A stretch of 64,000 nucleotides of DNA from an uncultured Verrucomicrobiae bacterium (GTDB lineage: Bacteria > Verrucomicrobiota > Verrucomicrobiia > Chthoniobacterales > UBA10450). Positions 31,546 through 42,201 of this stretch are shown here, piece after piece. Both the position numbers and the translations under genes were made by a program. Under the pieces are notes generated by a model, which was not told the DNA's origin, ran no database searches, and saw only the letters and a program-made list of their open reading frames with translations. The stretch is taken from NCBI GenBank assembly GCA_963751725.1, contig CAVVVQ010000022.1, positions 99,344 through 163,343 on the forward strand, read 5' to 3'. How positions within the stretch are numbered: position 1 is the stretch's first letter; each line of letters opens with the position of its first letter.

Positions 31546-31741
31546 CCAATACCAAGGAGCGGCGGATGCCGATCCGCCGATACAAGAGCACATGGCGGTT
31601 CCACCGCCACACTTTGCTGGACACGCTTAGCGAAAGATCGCCGCACACAAAAGGAGTTATGCGCCTCTTCAATATTATGCGGCGGCTGAAGCAGCCGTAT
31701 CATTCAGTCGGCGGATCGGCATCCGCCGCTCCTTGGTATTG
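31546..31741. repeat. MITE-like element, family C (second copy, 34-bp TIR)
   Basis: ccaataccaaggagcggcggatgccgatccgccga (31546-80) pairs with tcggcggatcggcatccgccgctccttggtattg (31708-41). It shares the CAATACCAAGGAG-hairpin terminus with 13781..13972, but the interior differs. Confidence 0.8.
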
Positions 31742-32059
31742 AATCGGGGCTGAAAGTTGACCTGAGGCCCATAGCAAGTCGCCCTCCCCCAATGAAACAG
31801 AGTTTCGCAGACAAGTGCGTTCCCAAACTTGGAGTTTGGGAACGAGGAAGGTTAGAGGCCCTGCCCCCTGTCGCGGTACTAAAAAATATCTGCGACAATC
31901 TGCGTTATCTGCGGTTCAATATCGGACGCCTCCCAGGGCTGTGGCTACAGATTGCTGACAGTTGATTCTTCCGGCATCTTCGGCACACATTTCAGACTGG
32001 CACCGCCAAATCGAACAAAGTCGGCGTCACTCTGTCTCACTCTTCTCTATGAACTCCTT

Positions 32060-33046
32060 ATGAAATCAACCCAGGAAATCACGCAACAGGTTCAGGAAAT
32101 GGGGCAATGGATTCCTCCGCTCCGCGAGCAGGTTGGCCGCGTCGTAATCGGTCAAAAATATCTGGTTGATCGGTTGCTTCTCGGTCTGCTGTCCAATGGT
32201 CACATTCTGCTCGAAGGGGTGCCAGGCTTGGCCAAGACCCTCACGGTCAAGACGTTGGCGGCCTGTATCCAGACCGGTTTTCAGCGTTTGCAATTTACCC
32301 CCGACTTGCTGCCCGCCGATTTGATCGGAACTCTGATTTACAATCCGCGGACCGGTGAATTTACGACCAAGCTTGGTCCCCTCTTCTCCAACCTGATTCT
32401 AGCGGACGAAATCAATCGCGCTCCAGCGAAGGTTCAAAGCGCGTTGCTTGAAGCAATGCAGGAGCGTCAAGTAACGATCGGCGAGACGACATATCCGCTT
32501 TCCGATCCGTTCCTTGTTCTAGCCACACAAAATCCTTTGGAACAGGAAGGGACCTATCAACTACCGGAAGCGCAGCTTGATCGGTTCATGTTGAAGTTGC
32601 ACGTCGGTTATCCGCTAAAATCCGAGGAACGCCAGATTCTGGATTTAATGGCAACGTCCGCTCCAGATTTGAATGTGACGCCAGTAGTTGATCCAAAGCT
32701 GATTATCGAAGCGCGCGCGATTGTTAACAGCATCTACATCGACGACCGGGTGAAGGATTATATTGTTGATGTGGTTTGGGCGACACGCGATCCAGCCGCG
32801 TACAAGCTGAGTTTGGACGGGTTGATTCGTTATGGCGCATCGCCACGTGCGACCATTTATTTGGCTCTAGCGGCACGCGCCCACGCGTTCCTTAGCGGCC
32901 GCGGCTATGTTACCCCGCAGGACGTCAAGAGTATCGGAACCGACGTGCTGCGCCATCGTGTTATCGTCAGTTACGAAGCCGAAGCGGAGTCGATCACGAG
33001 TGAGACCATAGTCGAACGCATTTTCGCGGGACTACCGGTGCCCTGA
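32060..33046 (+). CDS. moxR: MoxR-family AAA+ ATPase (first gene of the Bat-type operon)
   Basis: Motifs found: GHILLEGVPGLAKT (Walker A), LILADEINRAPAKVQSALLEAMQERQVT (Walker B / sensor) and LATQNPLEQEGTYQLPEAQLDRF. The likely start is the Met at 32060. Confidence 0.85.
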   Translation: MKSTQEITQQVQEMGQWIPPLREQVGRVVIGQKYLVDRLLLGLLSNGHILLEGVPGLAKTLTVKTLAACIQTGFQRLQFTPDLLPADLIGTLIYNPRTGEFTTKLGPLFSNLILADEINRAPAKVQSALLEAMQERQVTIGETTYPLSDPFLVLATQNPLEQEGTYQLPEAQLDRFMLKLHVGYPLKSEERQILDLMATSAPDLNVTPVVDPKLIIEARAIVNSIYIDDRVKDYIVDVVWATRDPAAYKLSLDGLIRYGASPRATIYLALAARAHAFLSGRGYVTPQDVKSIGTDVLRHRVIVSYEAEAESITSETIVERIFAGLPVP

Positions 33047-33250
33047 TAGCGGGGTGTGAATGATGATCGGTGATGAGTGAATAGTATGGGTGACGCGAGG
33101 TCTTTCGAGAATTGAAGGTTTACGTGGCTGCACGTGAAGCCGCAAAGCGTGTATCCGACGGGAGCACCTACTTTCCGCACGAAGAATACTATTCACGCGC
33201 CGAAGCAGCTGATGCGGATGAATTACAAACCCGTCCAGCAGGAAGGAAAA

Positions 33251-34135
33251 ATGGACGCTGCTGAAGTCTTAAAAAAAATCCGTGCGCTCGAGATCAAGAC
33301 AAAGGGTCTCGTTCAAACGGTTTTCGCCGGAGATTACCACAGTGTTTTTAAAGGGCGCGGAATGAATTTTGAAGATGTCCGCGAATACCAGCCGGGCGAC
33401 GAGATTCGCGCAATCGATTGGAACGTAACGGCCCGGCTTGGGACAGCGTTCGTCAAGAAGTTCACCGAAGAACGGGAATTGACTGTCATTCTGGTGGTCG
33501 ACGTCAGCGCTTCAGGAAATTTTGGAAGCGTCTCCCAATCGAAACGCGAGCTGGCCGCCGAAGTAGCTTGTCTGTTGGCGTTCAGCGCGATCCGGAATAA
33601 CGACAAGGTCGGCCTGTTACTGTTCAGCGATCGAGTCGAGCTTTACATTCCACCCAAGAAAGGGCGCTCGCACACTCTCCGGATCATTCGGGAGATTCTT
33701 TTCTTCGAACCAGCTGGACGCGGGACAGCTCCCGCACTCGCCCTCGATTACCTGAACAAAGTGGTGACGAGGCGCGCTGTTGTTTTTTTCATTTCCGATT
33801 TTCAAACCGGTGACTTTTCGCGTGAACTTTCCGTGAGCGGCCGTCGGCACGATTGCATTGCGGTTCACATACAGGATCAACGGGAAGAGTACCTGCCAAA
33901 TGTGGGCATCATCACGCTAGAGGACGCGGAGACAGGTGAACAGATCGAGATCAATACGGCGGATCGTTCTACTCGCGCGCGTTTTAGCGCATTGGCTGAG
34001 GCACATCGCACGGAGCTCAATCGGATGTTGCGGCGACATCGGATTGACGCCATTTCGTTGAAAACAGGTGAGGATTATCTGCCCGCGCTTCGTTCATTTT
34101 TTAAGCAACGCGAGCGGCGCCTGGCGGTTCGATAA
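33251..34135 (+). CDS. DUF58-domain protein (MoxR partner, vWA-like fold)
   Basis: Typical DUF58 core: GDYHSVFKGRGMNFEDVREYQPGDEIRAIDWNVTARLG..FVKKFTEERELTVILVVDVS. The ATG at 33251 follows aggaaggaaaaa. Confidence 0.8.
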   Translation: MDAAEVLKKIRALEIKTKGLVQTVFAGDYHSVFKGRGMNFEDVREYQPGDEIRAIDWNVTARLGTAFVKKFTEERELTVILVVDVSASGNFGSVSQSKRELAAEVACLLAFSAIRNNDKVGLLLFSDRVELYIPPKKGRSHTLRIIREILFFEPAGRGTAPALALDYLNKVVTRRAVVFFISDFQTGDFSRELSVSGRRHDCIAVHIQDQREEYLPNVGIITLEDAETGEQIEINTADRSTRARFSALAEAHRTELNRMLRRHRIDAISLKTGEDYLPALRSFFKQRERRLAVR

Positions 34136-34136
34136 G

Positions 34137-34680
34137 ATGAAGATGTTGTCCTCGCTGTTCGCCCCAACTTCGTTCAGTCCTATTTTGGCCCAGGAGTTTC
34201 ATGACATCGTTCCGCCGGTCGATTACTCACTTCTTTCGCCTTGGGTAATTTTTGCCGGCATGTTTCACCGGACTGGTCCTGTTGGGTTTTCTGGTCTGGT
34301 GGCTTCTTCGTCGCCGAAAACTTCGCCCGCAACCTCAGAAATCACCGCGCCAACGCGCACTCGAGCAACTAGACAACATCAGTCGCGAGATCGAAACGAT
34401 GACGCCGTATCAATTCAGCGTCCGCGTCTCCGACATCCTGCGAAGGTATGTCACCGAGCAGTATCAGCTGCCAGTTACTCGCCAGACATCAGTTGAATTC
34501 CTCAATGCGTTAGCCCAGATGTCTCCCTTTTCCGAGGACGACAAATCGCTGCTCGAGGATTTTTTGAATCGTTGTGACCTAATTAAATTTGCACGATACG
34601 CCGCCACGACGGCGGACAGCCACCTTCTTCTCGAGGAAGCGACACGCTTTGTTAAAGGAGGACAACTTGAACCCGCTTAA
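34137..34680 (+). CDS. DUF4381-like small membrane protein of Bat operons (frame switch ~34255)
   Basis: The ATG lies 1 nt after the DUF58 stop. One TM helix (GLVLLGFLVWWLL) is followed by ..ALEQLDNI..FSVRVSDILRRYV..TSVEFLNAL..RCDLIKFARY. Confidence 0.5.
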
Positions 34681-35725
34681 TTGGTTGCCGGCAGATTCGG
34701 CGCTGACCTTTGCGCAGCCATGGTTGCTTCTGCTCCTATTGGCAATTCCGTTGCTGGCCTATTTTCGCGGTAAGCGCGGACCGGCTGCGGCGCTCACTTT
34801 TTCATCAACCAGCGCCTTACAAGCTCTGGGAAAAACGAGCGCCACGCGGACGGGCAAATTTCTCCGGAGTCTGTTCCTGCTTGGTCTGGCGCTCCTGGTT
34901 ATCGCGCTGGCCCGTCCGCAACTAGGCAAAACTCTGACTCAGATCGAGGCGAGCGGAATCGATATCATACTCGTGCTCGATGTGTCGCAATCGATGTTGA
35001 CCAAGGATTTCTCGGTCGGCGGCGATCAGGCGACGCGAATTGATGCGATCCGCGAAGTGACCCGTCAATTTATTGAGGCCCGCCCTAACGATCGCATTGG
35101 CATCATCGCTTTTGCCGGACATCCTTACGTCATTAGTCCGATGACTCTGGATCATGACTGGCTCTTGCAAAATCTTGAGCGCGTCCGCACGGGGTTAGTC
35201 GAGGATGGCACTGCGATCGGATCCGCCATCGCCTCGGCCGCAAATCGGCTTAACGATAAGCGCTCCAAGAGCCGCGTTATTGTTCTCCTGACCGACGGCG
35301 AAAATAATGCCGGCAAAGTTCCACCCAACACCGCCGCAGAAGCAGTCAAAGCACTGAAGATTCGCTTTTACGCGATCGGAGCCGGGATTAACGGAATTGC
35401 CCCGGCGCCAGTGTTTAATCCACGCACCGGAAAACCCTACACGGATATGTTGGGCAACATCATGTACCAGAACCAGCGCGTTCAATTTAATGAAGCCGGA
35501 CTAAAAGAGGTTGCGAGAATCGCCGATGGCCAGTTCTTCCGCGCGACGGACACGAAATCGTTGGAACAAATTTTCCGGGACATCGACAAGCTGGAAAAGA
35601 CCACCGTCGCAGTTAAGAAGTATCAGCAGTACAACGATCTGTTTCCGATCTGCATCGCGACTGGGTGCGGATTACTTTTGGCCCAGCTCTTATTGTCGCA
35701 AACAATTTGGAAAAAATTGCCGTGA
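34667..35725 (+). CDS. batA: BatA-like vWA-domain membrane protein
   Basis: A probable TTG start at 34667 follows ggagg. The N-terminal region is FAQPWLLLLLLAIPLLAYF. The vWA MIDAS is DIILVLDVSQSM..TAIG. A C-terminal TM helix is present. Intact. Confidence 0.75.
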   Translation: MNPLNWLPADSALTFAQPWLLLLLLAIPLLAYFRGKRGPAAALTFSSTSALQALGKTSATRTGKFLRSLFLLGLALLVIALARPQLGKTLTQIEASGIDIILVLDVSQSMLTKDFSVGGDQATRIDAIREVTRQFIEARPNDRIGIIAFAGHPYVISPMTLDHDWLLQNLERVRTGLVEDGTAIGSAIASAANRLNDKRSKSRVIVLLTDGENNAGKVPPNTAAEAVKALKIRFYAIGAGINGIAPAPVFNPRTGKPYTDMLGNIMYQNQRVQFNEAGLKEVARIADGQFFRATDTKSLEQIFRDIDKLEKTTVAVKKYQQYNDLFPICIATGCGLLLAQLLLSQTIWKKLP

Positions 35726-35750
35726 TTACATCTCCCCTTCATTTAATCTC

Positions 35751-37982
35751 ATGAATTTCGGTGCACCAGTCTGGTTTTGGGCGTTGCTCGTTATTCCGAT
35801 TTTGATCGCGCTTTTCGTTCGATCGGAACAACAAGCCGCCCGACGCCTGCGCGACTTTGTTTCGGAACGCCTGCTGCCCAATCTTGCCCGGACGGTCGAT
35901 CGGCGCCGACGCAACGTTCGTTTCGCGGTTCAACTCCTGGGGATACTCGCTCGCGATTATGGCCCTGGCTCAACCGCGCTGGGGTTATACCTTCGATGAC
36001 ACTAAACGAAAAGGACTCGACTTAATCCTGGTGGTCGATACCTCGCGAAGCATGCTTTCCAACGATGTGCCCCCTTCCCGGCTTCAACGCGTAAAACTGG
36101 CAGGACAGGACTTGATTAACGAGCTCCAAGGCGATCGAATTGGTCTGATCGCGTTCGCTGGTCGCGCATTCCTGCAGGCACCACTGACGATTGATTACGA
36201 TGCCGCAGTCGAAGCGATTAATGATCTCGATACGAGCACGATCCCAGAAGGTGGCACGAACATTTCCGAGGCAATCGAGCTCGCGGTTCGCACCTTCGGC
36301 AAGAGCGCGATCGGCAATCGGGCTCTGATCATCTTTACCGATGGCGAAGAATTAAGCGGCGACTCATTGAAGACAGCTAAAGCGGCGGCTGACGCGGGCG
36401 TTCGCATTTTTACAATCGGTGTCGGGACTCCGGAAGGATCGCTTATTCCAATTAACGGTGAAGGAGGCGGTACCGCTTTCGTCAAAGATAGCAGCGGACA
36501 GATCGTGAAATCACGTCTGGACGAGACACGGTTGAAGGAGATCGCGACCAGTACCAACGGTTTTTATCTCCATCTCGACGATGGTCCACGCACAATGAAA
36601 CAACTTTACACCGAAGGCCTGGGAAAGATGCAGGCCGGTGATATCGATGCCCGCCTCTCCCGGCGTCCTATCGAACGCTATCAATGGCCTTTGGGCGCGT
36701 CGCTTCTGTTTTTGACTGCCTCCTTCCTAATGCGTGAACGCAAACGACTCCGCGCTCCCGCGACGATTCCTGCAACAGCGAAAAAGACGCTAGCCTTCGC
36801 CTCTCTCCTCCTTGTTTCCACTAATATGTCCATGGGCGATGCACCTGGACTTGAAGCCTATCGACAGCAAAAGTTCTCAGACGCGTATACCGAGTTTGAG
36901 AAAACAATGCAGGCAAATCCGCAAAGCCGCGCGACCGATAGGATTCAATTCGATGCCGGTGCAGCCGCTTATAAAATGAAGGATTACGCCAAGGCGTTGA
37001 ATTCCTTTAGCCAAGCACTCCTCACTCCCGACACCGATTTGCAAAGCAAGAGTCATTACAATCTTGGCAACACGCTTTATCAACGAGGCGATGCCCAGAA
37101 AAAAGATGACGATAAGCTGAAGGACTGGACAAATGCCGTTCAGCATTACGAGGAAAGCCTCAAGATCACACCAGACAATCGTCAGACAAAAGAAAACCTC
37201 GAGTTCGTTAAGCGGAAAATTGATGAGTTGAAAGAAAAACAAAATCAACAACCGCCACCGTCACCTTCTCCCAATCCGAAAAATGACAAGAAGGATGACT
37301 CCAAGAAAGACGATAAAGATCAACAACAACAGAACAAGGATCAACAAGGCAAAGATCAACAGAACAAGGACCAGCAAAAGAAGGATCAACAAGATCAGAA
37401 ACAGGACAAACAGGAACAGTCGGAAAAGAAGGAGAATCAGGATCAACAAGAAAAGGCGACGATCAGTCGAAGGACGAATCCGAAAAGGAGAAGAAGGAAG
37501 AACCTAAATCTGGCGAGTCACCGTCCCCTTCGCCTGGGCAGGAGAAGCAAGAACAGGATCAACAGGGTGGGACGTCGCCTACTCCAGCAGATCAGAATGG
37601 CAACAAACAGGATCAGCAGCAGAAATCTGACAATGGCGATCAGCAAAAACCCGATGAGTCAGGCAAGTCTTCGGATTCCCAGCAAGATAAGGGAAACCCA
37701 TCTCCGTCCCCAGGCCAAGGCGAACAGGAAGGCGAAGGAGCATCTCCCTCTCCCGCGCCAAATTCGTCTCCAGGAAAAATGACTGGGGAAGTGAAGGGAG
37801 CCGGCGAGGAAAACGAGAAACCAAATGAACAAAACAATCAAATGGTGGAGGTTGAGCCGGAGAAAGATGGCCAGATGAGCGAGAGACAAGCGGAACTTCT
37901 GCTACAATCGATGAAAGACGAAGAACGCCGTGTGCAGCTTGATGAACGCAAGCCTGCACGACGTGTCTATAAGGATTGGTAG
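35751..37982 (+). CDS. batB: BatB/BatC-like vWA plus TPR protein with a long K/D/Q/E/P-rich low-complexity tail (frame switches ~35940 and ~37455)
   Basis: N-terminus: MNFGAPVWFWALLVIPILIALF. vWA MIDAS: DLILVVDTSRSM..GGTNISEAI. TPR segment: YRQQKFSDAYTEFEK..YKMKDYAKALNSFSQAL..YNLGNTLYQRGD. Then (K/D/Q)-rich repeats, ending ..RKPARRVYKDW. Confidence 0.7.
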
Positions 37983-37986
37983 GGCC

Positions 37987-39855
37987 ATGTCTCAATCGTT
38001 TCAGCTGTCATCGCGTCAACGCCTTCCATTCGCGCTACTTGCGATTGCGTCTCTTGTCCTGGCAGCTCCCCTCGCGTCAACATACGCGGCCGAGCCAACG
38101 CTAACAGCAGTCCTCAGCAGTTCTGCAAACGGGAGTCGGTCAACCGGTAGACCTCCAGATAAAAGTAGGCGGCGTGCGCAGCGCTGGGCCGCCCGCTGAA
38201 ATTTCCGTGGACGGGCTGGACATTCGTTCTGCGGGCCAAGTGCAATCGTTTGAGATGCGGAACATGGACATCAGTTCCAGCGTCACATTCAATTACACGA
38301 TTGTGCCCATCCGGACCGGCACGTTCAAGATACCGCCGGTAACCATTGATATCGGCGGCAAACAGCTTCGAACTGACACATTGACGTTGGAAGTTACGGC
38401 CGGGTCGACTCGGCAATCGACCTCGGGAAACAGAGCGACGATCGATCCGAAAGAACTCGCTTCAGCTGAAATCGTTGTTCCAAAGAAAACCGTGTACGTC
38501 GGGGAACTGGTCCCGATCGAAATCAGAGTACTCATCGATGTCCGGGCGCGCTTCGATGGCAATTCCGTGATGGCCGGACCGCAATTGAGCGGCCAAGGCT
38601 TCACGGTCCAGAAAGCGCAGCGTCCGATCGAAAAGCAAGACTCAATCAACGGCCGACGTTTCAACGTTTTTATTTTCAAGACAGCAATTGCGGCGGCAAA
38701 GGCCGGCAAGCTTGAACTCGGGCCCGCACAATTAGAAACACTGATGCAATGGCCGCGTCAACGTTCAAAACAACATTCCCCGCGGGACATCTTTGAAATG
38801 GATGACGCCTTTGATGGTTTGATTCCAAATCCATTCGCTGATCTGACTCAACCGGTTCCGATCAAGATTACGAGTGAGCCAGTCACGCTCGAAGTGAAGA
38901 CATTGCCACCGAATGCGCCAGCAAGCTTTTCTGGCGCTATCGGCAATTTCACCATGACGTCGGAGGTGAATCCAAAATCAGGACAGGTGGGCGATCCGTT
39001 CACGGTCACTTCGCGAATTTCAGGCCGCGGAAATTTTGACCGCGTCACTGCACCCGTATCAGAAGATGATCGTGGTTGGCGAAAGTATCCGCCCTCAACC
39101 AATTTCAAACAGGATGACGACGTCGGTATCAGCGGGACAAAAACGTTTGAGACCGTTCTCAGTCCAACCGAGCGAAAAGAGAAGGTTCCGACGCAATTGT
39201 TCACCTACTTTGACTCGGCCAAGGAACAATATGTAACCCTTCGCAGCGATGCGAGTCCCGATTCATGTCGAAGGCGGCTCGGCGCCCGCGGCAACAGCTG
39301 CGCCAGCCGGGGCCAATCCGCCTTCGAACGGGAAGGGCTCCAGCACAGGCACCAAAACAACAGGATATTCTTTACCAGTTGACTGAGCTTCCGGCCGCAT
39401 CGGAGTCGTTCACTCCACTCTTCGCGCGTCGCTCGTTCTTGTTAGCCCAACTCGTTCCCCTGCTCTGCCTGTTTGGATTGATCGTCTGGCGAATACGCCG
39501 GGCCCGCCTTGAGAATCGTGAGATGCAGCGCCGTGAAGCGTTACAACGGGAATTTGTCGATTTGCAACGAAGCTTGCAGCGCGACGATCTGCCGCCGCAG
39601 GAATATTTTTCCAAAGCTTCCCGGGCCGTTCAATTGAAAACCGCGCTGGCCAAGAATCTGGATCCGAACGTTGTCGATGCCGAAATGGCAGTCGCCACAT
39701 TTCAGATGGACGAAGAGACAAGCAGCCGTCTGCGGCGTTTGTTCGAGAAGAGCGACGAGGCTCGTTACAGTGGCGCGGGTCCAAACGGGATCCACACGAA
39801 TTCATCGGAAGCACGGCGCGAAATTCTTGAACTGGTGGAGCAATTGAAGTCATGA
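37987..39855 (+). CDS. batD: BatD-like oxygen-tolerance protein (frame switches ~38170 and ~39250)
   Basis: The signal is LPFALLAIASLVLAAPLASTYA. BatD-type beta repeats follow (FNYTIVPIRTGTFKIPPVTIDIGGKQLRTDTLTLEVT, GNFTMTSEVNP..GDPFTVTSRISGRGNF). The C-terminal TM is FLLAQLVPLLCLFGLIVW. Confidence 0.65.
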
Positions 39856-40622
39856 AAGGCAACGTTCGACTTCTAGGGTGTGTTGCAGTTGCGCTGGCTC
39901 TAAATGCCATTTCGACGCGTTGCACTTGGGCAGCTCAAGATCCGGCGTTCGACCGAGGCGAACCAGGCTTTTAGCGAGGGGCATTTCCAGGAGGCAATTG
40001 ATGGCTATCAAAGCCTTGTCCGATCGGGGCACTGGAGCGCAAATCTATTCTACGATCTTGGGAACGCTTGGTTCCGAAAGGGAGACTTCGGAAACGCCAT
40101 ATTAAACTACGAACGGGCACTTAGCTCTTGAACCGCGTCATCCGGAGACGCAGGCGAATTTGCGATTGGCCCGTGAAGAAGCGCGAGCATTGGAAATGGA
40201 GAAGAACTCCGATCGAGCGTTACCTCGGCGCGATTACCGCCACGCAGTATACTATTACGATATCGGTGGCATTCTGGGCCGCGCTCTTTGTCACGGGTCA
40301 CCTCTTCTTCCAAGGCCGTCGCTCGCGGAAACTGGCTATTCTAGTAGTTCTCTTGTTCGCCCTTTCCGCTGGAGGTGCAGTCGCACTCTACCTGAACGAG
40401 ACCGGCAACCGCGGCCAATCGCTTGCCATTGTTACCGGCAAAGAAGTGCAGGCACGACTTGCCACGGCCGATAACGCAAAAGGTGTCCTCTCTCTGCCAG
40501 CCGGCAGCCAGATCAAGATTCTCAGCAAACGGGGCGATTGGATTTACGCGGCCTTGCCCAATTCCCTTCGCGGGTGGATTCCGGCAACAGCGCGAAGCGT
40601 CGATAGCAGGTTGCGCCTTTGA
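39852..40622 (+). CDS. batE: BatE-like TPR plus SH3-domain protein (frame switches)
   Basis: The ATG overlaps the batD stop (ATGA at 39852-39855). TPR segment: EANQAFSEGHFQEAIDGYQSL..YDLGNAWFRKGDFGNAILNYERAL. A TM helix is present. The SH3-like end is AGSQIKILSKRGDWIYAALPNSLRGWIP. Confidence 0.55.
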
Positions 40623-40683
40623 CAGCGCGTTCAAGACCCCGCACCGGTTGAGAAGCTGAAAATAGTCCACATCTTGACTGCGT

Positions 40684-42120
40684 ATGAGCGCGGAGATGGA
40701 TGTCGGCACCAATAAGAAGGCGTTCCAGATCAATCTCGACGCGAAGAAATACGGAACTTTCGCGGAGATCGGCGCAGGCCAGGAAGTCGCCCGTCGATTT
40801 TTTCACGTCGGCGGTGCAGCGGGCACAGTGGCAAAAACGATGTCGGCTTACGACATGACATTCAGCGACGCAATCTATGGCACTGCCGACCGTTATGTCA
40901 GTCGCAAGCGGCTCGAAACCATGCTCGATCACGAATACAACCTGTTGATCGAACGCCTGGACGAAAAACTGGGAGCGAGCGAACGTTCTTTGTTTTTGCT
41001 GACACGGTAGCGGCCCGGAGCTTTAAGCAACACAACGAACCACATGGTTGGCTGGGGGTGCGGTTTCAGGAGGACGCGCGGGCGAACCGAGCCAGATAAT
41101 CATCCACATTCGAATGCTGGATGAATCCAACGTCGATCAGCAGGAGGCACTCGGGATAATTGGCGTGAATTTGCTTTACGGCGCTTATTACCACCGACCG
41201 CCAGAGAAACTGATCGCGTCGCTCTTGGAGAATCTGGCGCCGGATCGCATTCAAGTGGACATGATCCGGTTTTCGGGTCCGGCATTCCCGGGAGTCGACA
41301 ACCGGTTAATGAGCCTGCAACTGGTCAGTCAGGGCCTGACTAACGCCGTCATGTTCACCGCCGACGGCGAAACGGTGCAACCCGCCGACATTCTCTACAA
41401 GAAAGCGATCCTGGTCGAACGCGGCAGCTTTCGCCCCGTTACCTACGCCACCAACGACATGTTGAACGGCGCGCGCACCGCTTTCGTGCAAACAAAGCGG
41501 CATGCTCCGAGGACGAAATCGTTGTCCTGATGGAAATGACTCTCGAGAATTTGCTGTCGGAAGGTCAGCTCAATCACGCCGATTTTCTGGCGCGCGTGGA
41601 TATTCTCGGTGCCCTTGGCCGCACGGTCATGATTTCCAAATTCGGCGAATATTTTCGACTCGCCTCGTATCTCGCCCGATACACGAATCGAACCGATCGG
41701 CCTGGTCATGGGCGTGCCGAGTTTGATGGAGATTTTCGAGGAGAAATACTATCTCAATCTCGAAGGGGGAATTCTCGAAGCATTCGGGCGAATGTTTAAA
41801 AGCGGATTGAAGCTTTACGTCTATCCGATGATTGATGAGAAAAACGGGGCGCTGGTCACCGCAACGAAAATGGAGGTGGCTCCCAATCTGCGATCGCTTT
41901 TCCGTTATTTGATCGACAACGAATTCATCAGGAGATCACCGATTATGATCCACGGTATTTGCGGATTCATCCGCCGGATGTGCTGGCGAAACTGCAATCC
42001 GGCGACCCGGACTGGGAACAAATGGTGCCTCCGGAAGTGGCGGAAATGATCAAGAGTCGGCGTTTCTTCGGTTATCGAGCGTCACACGTGGCTAAGAGCC
42101 GGTTTTTCTGGCTGATTTCT
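40684..42120 (+). CDS. Conserved protein of unknown function (about 470 aa), several frame switches; 3' end uncertain
   Basis: The fragments join into one coherent protein: FQINLDAKKYGTFAEIGAGQEVARRFFHVGGAAGTVAKTMSAYDMTFSDAIYG.. / HGWLGVRFQ..IIIHIRMLD..QQEALGIIGVNLLYGA / ..MEMTLENLLS..RVDILGALG.. / ..GVPSLMEIFEEKYY... I cannot name the family. Confidence 0.4.
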
Positions 42121-42201
42121 GGCGCTTCTGCCTCAGTGGTAGTCCCTCAGGCAGAAAACCAGAGCTGTCGGCACGCTTTCCGCTATATGGAGGCCAGCAT
42201 C

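Noticed and set aside
31335-31898. ORFs 31335..31703(-) and 31704..31898(-) downstream of der
   Set aside because: They are read through the family-C inverted-repeat element and short repeat motifs, with no coding signature.
37261-37449. Leu/Ile-rich 62-aa minus-strand ORF that resembles a membrane peptide
   Set aside because: It is the antisense of the Lys/Asp/Gln-rich repeat in batB, so it is a compositional artefact.
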